Assembly (NCBI GenBank): GCA_977017645.1
Contig: OZ360253.1
Coordinates: forward strand, 34,968,001 to 35,032,000
DNA from: Torpedo marmorata
Lineage: Eukaryota
Reading direction: 5' to 3'
Length of the DNA: 64,000 nucleotides
Both the position numbers and the translations under genes were made by a program. The notes below the pieces were generated by a model that searched no databases, was not told the DNA's origin, and saw only the letters and a list, made by a program, of their open reading frames with translations. Below are positions 38,497-49,883 of this stretch, piece after piece; within the stretch, counting starts at the first letter, position 1; each line of letters begins with the position of its first letter.

Positions 38497-39429
38497 CTGA
38501 GAGAAGAGAAAAAAGATCTAGTGGAACAGAATCAAACAGGTATAGACGGAAGGCAGTAGTAATAAACAAACTGGACCATACCAATCAATCTCAATATTCC
38601 TTGAAATGTGAATAACAGCAGAAACTAATAAAAGTGGGGATACCAAATTGAGTATAAAACCTTGCAAAATAAGTCGATGAAGCCAATTATTTTGCACACA
38701 TTTCCCATAACATTTCCAGATATAAATTCCACGTCTGTTTATAATGGAAATAACTCATGTAAACACATCAAGCTGTAATTGAGCTCTTGCTAGCAGAGGT
38801 GTCATAATCACACCAAGTGTCAGGACCAGGTAAACAAGCTTAACCCATTTTGACTGACAGATTCCAATATTAATGTGAAACATAGAAATAAAGGCAAAAT
38901 TGCATGTCAATCATGTCCCATGATCTGCCCAGTTCCAGCCACCAGTTTTCAAAATATTCACCACTTTCTGTGCCTTGCAGCATCCCAATCAAGTTACATC
39001 CTCTCTGAAGCTTCAACTTCCTACATAACAGAGCGGAACACTGCACAAACACCAATCTTGATTCCTTGCATGCAGACTTGGGAGATCAGATACTATTTAT
39101 TGTCGTAATAAAACAGAAATGAAATATTACACAAAATTGCCTTTAGTCTATCACAAGGCAAAGATTTGCCATTAGCAATGCCCGGTGCCCCTTACAGTCA
39201 GAGAAAGAGAAGCAAAAAAGAGTCCCCCCAGAGTCACTGAGTGTCCGTGGATTCATCTCCAGTGCTCCCGCAGCCTCTGCAGCTGCACAAGATTCCAGTT
39301 CAGTTCAAACCATTGCAACCCGAGCCCAGATCCACACCTTCGACAAGATAAGGAAGCCTTCAGCGCCCAGGACCCTTCAGAACACTCAGCACCCTCTCGA
39401 ATCCCGGCCCCAAAACCCGGCTCCCATAA

Positions 39430-39895
39430 ACCTCCTCTAACCCTTTCATTCCCGGAATCATCCTTGTGAACCTTCTCTGAACCCTCTCCAACGTCAGCAC
39501 ATCCTTTCTTAAATGAAGAGCCCAAAATTGCTCATAATACTCCAAGTGAGGTCTCACCAGTGTCTTATAAAATCTCAACATCACATCCCTGCTCTTATAT
39601 TCTATTCCTCTTGAAATGAATGCCAGCATTGCATTTGCCTTCTTCACCACCGTCTCAACCTGCAAGTTTACCTTCAGGCTGTCCTGCACGAGGACTCCCA
39701 GGTCCCTTTGCATCTGGGTATTTTCAATTTTCTCCCCATTTAAAAAAGTCTGCTCGTTTATTTCCTCTACCAAAGTGTGTGACCGCACACTTTCTGACAT
39801 TATATTTCATTTGCCTCTTCTCCGCCCATTCTCCTAATCTGTTTAAATCCTTCTGCAGTGTCTGTGTTTTCTCCACACTACCTGCTCCTCCACCC
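39430..39895 (-). mobile_element. CR1 LINE fragment abutting a Rex-tailed non-autonomous element (about 39085-39430)
   Basis: QRDLGVLV...LVRPHLEY...QRRFTRMIPG. Confidence 0.85.
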
Positions 39896-39985
39896 ACTCA
39901 GACAAACTAAAATGTTATCTCATGAACAAGAGAGAACTCAGTCGAGAACAACAGACCCATAATAGTGCATGAGATTAGCTCCTAC

Positions 39986-40172
39986 CTCTCAGCCACATTG
40001 GCATCATTTATCACTTTAGGTGGGACTTTCCAAGGACAACTGATGCGTCCTCCGGGGAGGCGCCGAAAGTCAAACTGGCAGCAGATTTTGGGGTCTGGTC
40101 CACAGGTGTGAGGAACGTCATAACTGTAGAAAGGCATCAGTTGACAGAAGATATCTGTGTTTGAGTCAGTGT
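39986..40172 (-). CDS. MAN2A2: MAN2A2 exon 7 (acid/base Asp)
   Basis: [61 protein letters not shown], 187 nt, AG/GT; translated by hand, not in the ORF track. Confidence 0.96.
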
Positions 40173-40871
40173 CTAGAAAAAAACATGGAGTTGCGGGAAG
40201 AAAAATATTTATTTAAGTCAAAAACTTCAGTTTTGAGAAATTTAAAATGTATGGAATTCCTCTCACATATTCAAATTGCGTGAATTAAAAGAAACAAAAT
40301 ACGACATTGGAACTGATCAAATCAGTATCTGGAAGATACAAAATAATCTGTGTCCTTTCTCCCCTGGCCCAGTTCCTCCCGAATTACATCGTGACATTTT
40401 GGATGTCCTCCACAGCTTCCACTTCTCCGGTCCCAACCAATTCATCTTCACAACAGTCATATCTCTACACTTCCTGTCACTATCAAGAGGGTCTAAGGAA
40501 GACCCAAACTATCCCTACCAATCACTCCACATCTTTGGCACTTTCCCATGAAATCACAGAAGATGCAACACCAGTCCATTCACCAATTCTCTTCTCACTA
40601 TCCAGGAACCCAGCCTTCCCAATTCACTCGCACTTCTTCCAAACTAGCCACTGTATCTGCTGTTTGCAATGCAGCCCCCAATGAGAATCCAAATGAAGAT
40701 TGGGTGATCACTTTCCAGGTAATCTGTATTTAGTCTGCAGGAGTGATGCTGAGTTTCCAGTTGCCTGCCACTTCATGTCTTCATCCTACTCTGACCTATG
40801 TCTGTGGCTTTCTTCACTGTTCGAACAAGACTGAATGCAGGCTTATGGAACAATACCTCATCTGCCCAAGG

Positions 40872-41555
40872 AAAGTAAAACATGAAAATCTGTAGACACC
40901 GTGGTTGAAGTAAAAAACACAAATGCTGGAGAAACTCAGCAGGTCAAACAGTGTCTTTTATGTAGCAAAGGTAGAAATACATAACTGACGTTTCGGGCTT
41001 GAGCCCTTCATCAAAGTATGAGAAAATGCCGGCAGGCATCCGAACAAAGGAGTGAGGGGGGAAGGGGGGTGGCAAAGGCAGGAGATGATAGGTGGAGAAA
41101 GGAGGGAGGGGACAGCAGCAAAGAGGGGGAGGAGGGATGGCTGGGTGGGTGGAAAAAAACAGGAAGGACAGGTGAGGGGGGAGGGGAAGGGAACGACAAG
41201 CAGGTTTAGTGGAAAGCAGAAAAGTCAATGTTAATGCCATCTGGCTGGAGAGTGCCGAGACGGAAAATGAGATGTTGTTCCTCCAATTTGCGGGTCGTCT
41301 GGGTGGGATAGTACATAAGGCCATGGACAGACATGTGAGTGTGGGAGTGTGACCCAGAATTGAAATGGCTGGCTACTGGGAGGTCGCTGTTGTTGCGGAC
41401 GGAGAGGAGGTGCTCAGCAAAACGGTCTCCCAATCTACGACCGGTCTCTCCGATGTAGAGAAAGCCACAAAGGGAACACCGGATGCAGTAAATAAGTTCT
41501 CTGGATGTACAAGTGAAGTGTAGTTTCACTTGGAAGGCCTGTTTGGGGCCCTGGA
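40872..41555 (-). mobile_element. Penelope-like 3' fragment (GIY-YIG domain plus tail)
   Basis: LIYCIRCSLCGFLYIGETGRRLGDRFAEH; nearly identical to the copies at 1-450 and 34470-35005. Confidence 0.92.
40980..41020 (-). ncRNA. Putative minimal type I hammerhead ribozyme (PLE-type), sense to the MAN2A2 pre-mRNA
   Basis: CATACT-TTGATGA-A-GGGC TCAA GCCC-GAAACGTC|AGTTATG: core boxes, stem II, palindromic ACGT stem III, GUC site, bulged stem I. Confidence 0.65.
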
Positions 41556-41604
41556 CCATGTTGTAGCCTTCTGGACTCAATATAATTTTTTTTAACTTTA
41601 GGTA

Positions 41605-41842
41605 ACCAATAGCCTGAATACGACTGGGATTGTCTGATCTCGGAAGCTAAGCAGGCACAGGACTGGTCAGTACTTGGAGGGGAGAACGCCAGGGAACACC
41701 AGGTGCTGTAGGTTTCTGTGAGGGGCGCTGGACAAAGTAGCGACCCTCTGTCTGCCTTACGGTAGACAAAAATTAAAGAATTTCATGAATGTTACATTCT
41801 AAATGTAGTATTACGTGACAATAATGGAACCTTTACCTTTAC
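41605..41842 (+). mobile_element. 5S rRNA-derived SINE, copy 2
   Basis: Nearly identical to 29693-29930, with the same start and end. Confidence 0.88.
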
Positions 41843-42290
41843 TCACTTTTTCTCCTGACTGTATCAGAATATTTGCACTATGATGCTGCCGCAAAACACC
41901 GAATTTCATGACTTGTTCATGACAATAAATTCTGATTCTGAAATTCTGATTCTGCTATTTCTGCCTGTCAGCATTTTGGCTTATTTTGTTTCCACAAGAA
42001 TGGCCTGGTCTGCTGGGTGTGTCCCTGTCACACATTATGCAGAGTACGAAGCTGTTCCATTTGCCCTGCTCATCCTTTCGTCACATACCCTCCTACTGAA
42101 AACTAACTTGTTTCTCTTGCTTAGTTCGACCCAGGATTTCAGATCCAAATCGTTAACCGCTTCTCTTTTCACAGATGCTGCCTGATCTGCTGAGGATTTT
42201 TTTGACACTTCGTTTTTATTCTAGCATTTGTGCATTTGTTTTCTGAATTTCAAATTCACGGGGCTTCTTTGAAGAGCTGTTCTCACCTAC

Positions 42291-42464
42291 CCCAGGTCTG
42301 CCTCCACATGAATTCCAGATTTTTGTTGGCTGCAAAGTGTTTTTTAATGGAGTAGTGCACTCTCTGGATGAGCATACTGGTCAAGTTGGAGCGCTTGAGC
42401 AGATAGGACATAGTTGAGCTGTGTCCAAAAGGATCGATTGCCCAACCCGATTTTGGGATCACTC
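42291..42464 (-). CDS. MAN2A2: MAN2A2 exon 6 (catalytic nucleophile)
   Basis: [22 protein letters not shown]...QRVHY...EFMWRQTW; the Asp of DPFGH is the GH38 nucleophile; 174 nt, AG/GT. Confidence 0.97.
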
Positions 42465-43473
42465 CTGCAAATACAAAATACAGGAACTCACTACAAGGTG
42501 TACACATCAAATCAACGGAAGTGTTGATCATCTCATGTCCATGGGAAGATAATATTACAAACATATTTTCAAACACTCCCAAAGAGAACAATTTTAAGAT
42601 AAAAGTGCAACTTCAATCTCTGGAATGGAAGTTTGTCACTTCAAGGGAATCTTTGCTGATCCAACGTCAGGGTCAGATGTTTTAATCTCAGAAACATTAA
42701 TGTTCCAGCTTGAACTGCAAAGTTCCCACAGGAAAGTTTAGAAACCCGGGGTGGGGGTCACTGCTAGCAACATTTTCTTTTCATTGATAGGATGAGGACA
42801 ACACTGACGAAGCTCACACACTGGCCATTCCTCTTGAGATGGTAGTGATGAACTACCTTCTTGAATTGCTACAATCAATGTGGTGAAGGTACTCCATAAC
42901 AATGCTGGATATGGAGCAGCACGAATTCACAACCTCAATAAGGAACAACCTTTTGCCAAATCATAACAATCTGCAACTTAAAAAAGGAACCTACAGATGG
43001 TTGTTTAACTTAAGCTTGCTGTCCTTGTCCTTTCTGGTGAGAGAGCTCACAGGACTGGGAGCTGCTGCCAAAGTATCCGTAATGAGCAACATGGAATATA
43101 TTGTATCCATGGTGAAATGGTGGAAAGAATTAATGATTTTGGATAGAGCTTGGGAAACCAAACACAGAAGACATCTTTGTTCTGGATGCTATCACGCTTC
43201 CAGGGAGTTATCTGAACTGCAATCACCTAGCCAAGAATATTGCCTCATCATCCAAAGATACGAGGTATACGTGTCAACTTGCGGGGAACTTAACAGTGTT
43301 TCCAACTCTTCCAGGCATGTTTGATGGGACAGGGTAGGAGATAAAGTTCAAACCCTTGCAGGCATGTTTGACGGGACAGTGTAGGAGATATAGTGTTATC
43401 TAAGACATGCTGACCTTGTCCTGGACCATTTGATGCAACACTGTAAATGGAGCTATACTCTGTACCTAATCTG

Positions 43474-43696
43474 AAGTAAAACACGAAAATTTGCAGACAC
43501 CGTGGTTGAAGTAAAAACACACAAAGCTGGAGAAACTCAGCAGGTCAAGCAGTGTCCTTTATATAGCAAAGGTAAAAATACATAAGCGACGTTTCGGGCT
43601 TGAGCCCCTCATCAAGGTATGAAAAATGCCGGAAGATGCCCGAACAGTAGGGGGGGGGGGGAGGTCGCTGAGTTTCTCCAGCTTTGTGTGTTTTTA
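43474..43696 (-). mobile_element. Penelope tail with a short inverted end and a 15-bp TSD
   Basis: TSD tctgtacctaatctg (43459-43473) / tctgtacctaacctg (43697-43711). Confidence 0.85.
43581..43621 (-). ncRNA. Putative minimal hammerhead ribozyme, sense to the MAN2A2 pre-mRNA
   Basis: CATACC-TTGATGA-G-GGGC TCAA GCCC-GAAACGTC|GCTTATG; one stem I mismatch. Confidence 0.55.
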
Positions 43697-43917
43697 TCTG
43701 TACCTAACCTGTGCTGCCATACCATGTGGAAGAAGCCATATAATTTGTGATTAGAAAATAGCTTTTTGTAAGTAGTTTGTAATTGACAATGGGAACACCG
43801 GTTTCAGGATCAATATTCTGCACTTTGACAAGAAAAGAAATCCGTATTTCAACATAATCTCTCAGATGTTAAAGCACCAGTTCATCAACTTCATGATTTT
43901 TCAACGTAGATAGTTAC

Positions 43918-44045
43918 CAATATTTTTCTCCAGCCACTGATGTCCTTCGATTAGTTGATCAACCATTGCAAAATAGTGAGAGTTAGCTTCATCCGTCATT
44001 ACCCAGCCTCCAGTTACAAACTCCAACTGACCATTAGCTGCCAGC
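43918..44045 (-). CDS. MAN2A2: MAN2A2 exon 5
   Basis: [42 protein letters not shown], 128 nt, AG/GT. Confidence 0.97.
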
Positions 44046-44451
44046 CTAGTGACCAAAACAAACATCGAGGAAAGTGGCAATAAATCACACATGACACAAA
44101 CTCAACTGGAGGAAAGATGCCCCTTTACTTTAAAATTAATTCCAAGATGAAACAACATCAACATATGATAATTGATTCTGCAGAATTAATTCTGGAGGTT
44201 GGTTCATGACAAAGTATTCTGAAGATACTCTGAAAGGTGTGAATAGTCTTTAGCCACCTATCCCAGAATGGCAACATAGACAATAAGTCATCAGAAAGAC
44301 TGACCCATACTGTCCCTGTTGATCCACAGCCTGTCTTGGCTTGATGACTGTCTACAGCACGAGAGGGTAACTGGGGCTGGGATTGGGAACTGTGCACCTT
44401 GAGCAACACAAGGCAATGCTTTCACAAAAGAAAATTCCCATCTCTGCATAC

Positions 44452-44623
44452 CGGCGGACAGCTGCCCTTTTCTGAGCATCAATGTTGTCCCACCACTTGG
44501 AGAAAAAGGAGATCTCTGCCCAAATAAAGCGACGCTTCGTGTCCTCCTGGAGTTTCAGCAGCATGTTGTTCAGGATGTGCTGCGTCTGGTCAAAGTAATA
44601 TTTGTCAAATGTCTTAATCCATC
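44452..44623 (-). CDS. MAN2A2: MAN2A2 exon 4
   Basis: [44 protein letters not shown]..., 172 nt, AG/GT. Confidence 0.97.
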
Positions 44624-45084
44624 CTGCAGAACAGAATCAGATTACAACTGTGAAGGTCCCAATGTGCAGTATTTTTTTTTAAATGTCTCAGAAACAATTG
44701 GAAATACATAAAGAGAATCACCCAGATATACAGCCAAAGCAACTCTATTTGTGTAAAGGTGACAATCTATGGCAGGATCAAGCAAATGACAATCAAATGA
44801 ACTGTACGAATCTGCTGCAATGGTTTACAGTACACCATAATGCTGAACAAAATGTCAAAGGTCAGTGCCTTTTAACTATGCTTAGCAGAACCATCAGGCT
44901 GTTGGGGTCTCCACTTAATATCACTGCTGAAAGAAGACAATTCAATATTCCCTGGATGTTACACAGAGTACAGTAAAACAGAGATAATCCTTTATCTGAT
45001 TGTTTTGAAATGCTGATGGCGTGACATCTGACTCACTCACTTGTCTGGAGTGTGAGCTGGGGGATTGGAGTGTGAAGGGTTATT

Positions 45085-45590
45085 TTACTGGGGTGTATGG
45101 GGTGTCTAAGGAGGGGTAGCACCTCTGGTGGGGCGGGGGGCCTGCCATGCCCTTTTCGGGCAGCTCATCCACCTTTGGTCCCCACCTGGCGCTCAGCTCT
45201 CACCTGTGGCTCCAAGTAGCGGCCACACCCCGGTAAACCACCTCGGCAGACGGGCTAAACCAGGTGAGGGTAGCCAACGGGTCTTCGAACCTCGGTGAGG
45301 TAGGTGATCTGTCTATCCCAGCGTGTGAAGTCTGGCCCTGGCGGATTGAGCGGAAGAGACCGATTAATGGTCCAACGGTCAAGAAGGCAGGCCCAGCAGG
45401 CGTTGTGGAGCGCTAAGAGCACGACAAGACACTTAGACGTCCTGGTCATCCACTGCAGCAAGAGAGGTCTCCAGCCGTAACGGTTGTCTGTGCCACTGGA
45501 TCAAGGTCTCTTCTGCCGAGAGAGTGGGACCGCCCCTGTGCAACTGCTGTTCCACTTAAAACTCCATCACACACAGGTTTCTGTTGTGCA
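45085..45590 (+). mobile_element. Probable RTE-clade LINE 5' region
   Basis: CpG-rich block with ctctcacctgtggctccaag...gggctaaaccaggtgagggtagcc, which resembles RTE 5' UTRs as I recall them (not verified). Confidence 0.55.
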
Positions 45591-46335
45591 ATTCATCTCA
45601 GTCCAAGTATCCACAGATGAACTGCACAACAGCGTGTCTTCTTCGAATCGAAAGACTACCAAAATAAACTGGGATGGAGGTCCAGATTCTGGACGGGGTG
45701 TACAGCCAGAGCTGGGGTCAGGATCAGGTTTGCATTTCAGCTGGTTTTGAAATACACAAGCTGAAACTCACTGGGTTCTACTAAGTCACCAGGTACATTG
45801 GAAAATTTATTATGCTACTGTGTAACAAGTTATAAAAAAAATTGAAATAAAAGTGTTTAGAGGTATTGGTAGGATTAACATCCAGAAAATCTGCAAGTCC
45901 AACACCAAAGTTCTGAGGGTGGGTGGATTATCGGAGCTTTACTGCAACAATCAAGACTGTGCATAAGCCCTTGACTTGAACCTCCAATGTCAGATGCAAG
46001 GAGTGGCTGATAAAAAAATCCAATCTTCCTGTAAGCTTTTTTTTTTTGCGCAGGGTGTTCTCACCAGCTCAACAAAGCTGACATGCCGCACATCTAACAC
46101 CAAAGCAAAAGCAAGTGTCCAGAGTTTACATCTCTACTGTTTTAGTCACAATCTAAACATACAGGAATCCTGTCAAGAATTTAACCAATCATTCTGACCC
46201 AAAATAAACCATTCTTATAAAACCACCAGCAATTTTCTAATAAACAGTAACACCCAAAACAAAAGACATCATTGTTATTTCATCATCATATCGATTTGAG
46301 GCAATTCTGGAAATCCTTCAATATGTTCCCCTTAC

Positions 46336-46480
46336 CTGGATCATTGTGGGAATGGGGCACCACAAACACCTGCAGTGGTTCATTGTCCCACTCACGCTGA
46401 TCATAGGTGATCTCAAAGCCCTGCTTCCAAGCACCGCCATCCACATTATCGAACTTCAGGGCTGAATAAACATCCAGCAT
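46336..46480 (-). CDS. MAN2A2: MAN2A2 exon 3
   Basis: [22 protein letters not shown]...[11 protein letters not shown](G), containing the GH38 Zn-binding HxD motif; 145 nt, AG/GT. Confidence 0.97.
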
Positions 46481-46731
46481 CTATAAGGGCAAAAAAAGAC
46501 ATACTGTATACGAAGAGAGCTTGAAATTATTAAATTGACAGTGAACAACTGGTCTGTGTCCCAAGGCACTTGCCAGAAATTCAGAAACATGGGAAGGGGA
46601 GAATGAGGCAGCCATCATATTCTCAGACAAAACCCAGGTGACCACAGGTTTCTGCTCATGCTCCAAGCACACTGAAGGATCTGGTATCTGATTGAAAATC
46701 TTAACTCCAAGTATCAGCACGGATTACTTCC

Positions 46732-48722
46732 TTTTTTTTTGGGAATATTTTATTTGTATTTTTTAAAGCCAAACATATTATCAATAACAAAAATAATACA
46801 TCATCAAATATAATATTCGTCTGTTGACTATTATACTAAAAAACAACAACAAAATTACAAACAAACGAAAACCCACCCACCCAATTCCCCCCTAAAAGAA
46901 AAAAAAAAGGAATAGAATAAGAAAAGGTTGAAATAGAAAAGGAAAGAAGACGTTGGAGGCTCGTCGTCCACCCCGCAGGCTTAAATTACTTGGCATACTC
47001 GGATTTCTGAAGAGGAAATGGACATAGGTCCTGGAGGTGAGGGGGGGGGCCTGGTTATAGATTTACAGGCATGTTGTAAATATGGAGTCCAAATCTTTAA
47101 AAATCTATTTCTAAGATTATAGGTAATCTTCTCAAGGGGAACACAACTGTACATTTCCTCATTCCATCTTGTCATACCTAGATGGGAATCAGACTTCCAT
47201 GTGACCGCTATACATTTCCTGGCCACCGCCAATGCGATCTTCACAAATTTTATTTGAAATTTTGACAGCCTCATCTTAGGTCTTACGCCAGAAATACTGC
47301 CCAATAGAAATAATTCTGGGCGTTGTGGGAACTGAATTTCTGTAATTTGTTCTAAGAGTTTCCCTAAGTCCATCCAGAAAGGTTTTACTTTGGGGCATGA
47401 CCAGGTTAAATGTAAAAACGTTCCTATTTCTTTGCCGCATCTAAAACATTTATCTGATATTTCTGATTTAAATTTATTAAATTTTTGCAGCGTGAGATAC
47501 AACTGGTGCAAAAAATTATATTGCACCAGTCTGTATCTCACATTTATTGTGTTTTTCATACTGTCCCGACATAAGTCGGACCAGTTTTGTTCATTAATTA
47601 TTATATCCAAGTCTGACTCCCATCTCTGTCTAGATCTATGTAGCCCCTGTTTAGGGGTTCCTTTTTGTAGTAAAAGATAGGCTGCTGAAATAAACTTCTT
47701 TGTGATCCCTTTTCGAATCAAAGACTCCACTTCACTGCATGGGCCCAATTTATCCCTTAAGTAAGATCTCAGCTGGAAATAGCAGAAGAGTGTATTATTC
47801 ATAATACCATACTTATTTTTTAATTGTTCAAATGACATAAGTTGTCCCTGCCCATAACAATCCTCGACACATCTGATCCCTTTCCGGGACCAGACGTCCA
47901 GGATCTTATTATCCATTGTAAAAGGTATACACCTATTTTGAGCCAGGGGCGTTTTTGGAGATAACCTCCCCTTATTCCCAATTTGATAATTTATTTTATA
48001 CCAGGTATCAATTATGTGTTTCAACAGGGGGGTTTCTTTCACACAAGATATTAATTTTTAATCCCATTTGTATATAAAGTCTTCTGCTATCTTTTCTCCC
48101 ACCTTATGCAGTTCCATCTTTACCCAGGAAGGCTTGTCTTCCCCTTCAAAGAAGGAGGTGACAAATTTCATTTGGGCTGCCCAATAATATTTTTTGAAAT
48201 CTGGAAGTTGTAAACCTCCCAGTTTATATCTCCATGTTAATTTTTCCGTGGAGACTCTATCTACCTTACCTCTCCAAATGAACTTCCTGATATATTTATT
48301 TAATTCTTGAAAGAACCCTCGAGGCAATGGCATAGGTAGTGTTTGGAAAAGATATTGGATCCGTGGCAATATATTCATTTTTATACAATTGACCCTGCCA
48401 ATAAGTGTTATTGGCAGTGCCGTCCATCTGTTAAGATCCTTTTCAGCTTTTCTAAGCAAGGGGAGGTAATTTAACTTATACAAATCTTGTAAGTTGTTAT
48501 TTGTTTTAATGCCTAAATATTTTAACCCATTTGCCGGCCACTTAAAACTTATATTCCTTTGGTATTGAGTATAATCTCCACCCGTAAGTTGCATTATTTC
48601 ACTTTTGTCCCAATTTATCTTATAACTGGAAATTTTCCCATAATCTTCCAATTTTAAGTGCAATTTTTCTAAAGAAACTGCTGGTTCTGTCAGGTATATC
48701 AGTACATCATCCGCAAATAACG
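46732..48722 (-). mobile_element. L1-clade LINE, 5'-truncated ORF2 with A-rich tail
   Basis: LFADDVLIYL, GYKIN-like motif, YLGI, GGLQLPDF, CFRC...HLTWSC zinc knuckle; internal stop at about 48058. Confidence 0.93.
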
Positions 48723-49089
48723 GATTACTTCCTTTGACCATGAGAGTCACAGAAACAGCTGTGAGAGGACAGAGAGCAGGCGAGGCAAGAGTGGCCATCA
48801 ATGACCTCACTGAGTAATTGAATCTGCTCAGCTCAACCCAGCCTGATTGTTACAGCTCAGGAGAGAGGGGATGGCAAGAGAAGGCATGTGGAAATGCCCT
48901 GTTCCCTCCTAGCAGAAGATTTAAAAAATGGCAGCACTGCCGCTGGTGTGGATCCTGGAGAGTGGAGACAGAGGGCTGCTCCAAAGGGTTGAACCGCCCG
49001 GTCCTAATGCCAGCGGTTCCATACAGGTGTTAAATAGCCTGTTAGAGGAGCCGATGGTGTTCTTAACTAAAATCCTGCAACCTTGGGTG

Positions 49090-49647
49090 TGTGCCCAAGA
49101 TGGCGGCGCCTGTGCTCAGCAGCGGCCACGAGGGGTTGCAGACTCTGGGGAGCAGCAGACCGGCGCAGGGCACCAGAAAGGGGGAGAGCACCCACTGTTG
49201 AGAAGGAGGCAGAGGAGATGACACGGTGACGGACTGGCAAGGGGCTCAGCGGTCGGGGGACCCGCACTGGCTGCTGGAGACTGGCTCGTGGGAACCAGGT
49301 ATCGGAGCTGGGATTCAAGAGGTTGCTGAGGGCAAGAAGGTTTCTCGAATGGCCTTGGGCACTGAAGGCTTCCTGATCGTTGGAGGTTTGGATCTGGAGC
49401 CTGGGCTGCCGATGGATCAAACAGGGGTCTGTGTGGGTGCAGAGGCTGCGTGAGCGCTGGAGGCGAATCCACGAACACTCAGTGACTCTGAAGGGACTCT
49501 CTTTTGCTTCTCTTTCTCTTGTACTGTGAGGGGCACCGGGCGACACTAATGGCGAATCTTAGTCTGTCTTACGGCAGGCAGAAGGCAATTTCGTGTAAAT
49601 ATTACATGTTCTGTACTATTACATGACAATAAAGGAATCTTGAATCA
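49090..49647 (+). mobile_element. Non-autonomous retroelement with a Rex1-type tail
   Basis: Starts caagatggcggcg; ends catgacaataaaggaatcttgaatc; relatives at about 39085-39430 (-) and 63165-63415 (-). Confidence 0.7.
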
Positions 49648-49724
49648 TTTATCCCCACCCATGCTGCAAGCCCGTTCATAATACCCATGAGTCAGAGAGG
49701 ACCTGTACAAAGCAGCACAGTACA

Positions 49725-49883
49725 TGACCTTGGATAGGGGAGAGCGTTTGGGGGGGGGGGGGGGGGGGTGTAGGAGGGTGATGCGCTCATTATATCACTG
49801 TTCACTCAGAAGAACTGTATCAGTGATATAATACATGCATCACCCTACTCCCCCCCACCAACGCCCTCCCCTATCCAAGGTCA
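49725..49883. repeat. Fold-back / MITE-like palindrome
   Basis: tgaccttggatagggg...cccctatccaaggtca with inner inverted pairs. Confidence 0.8.
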
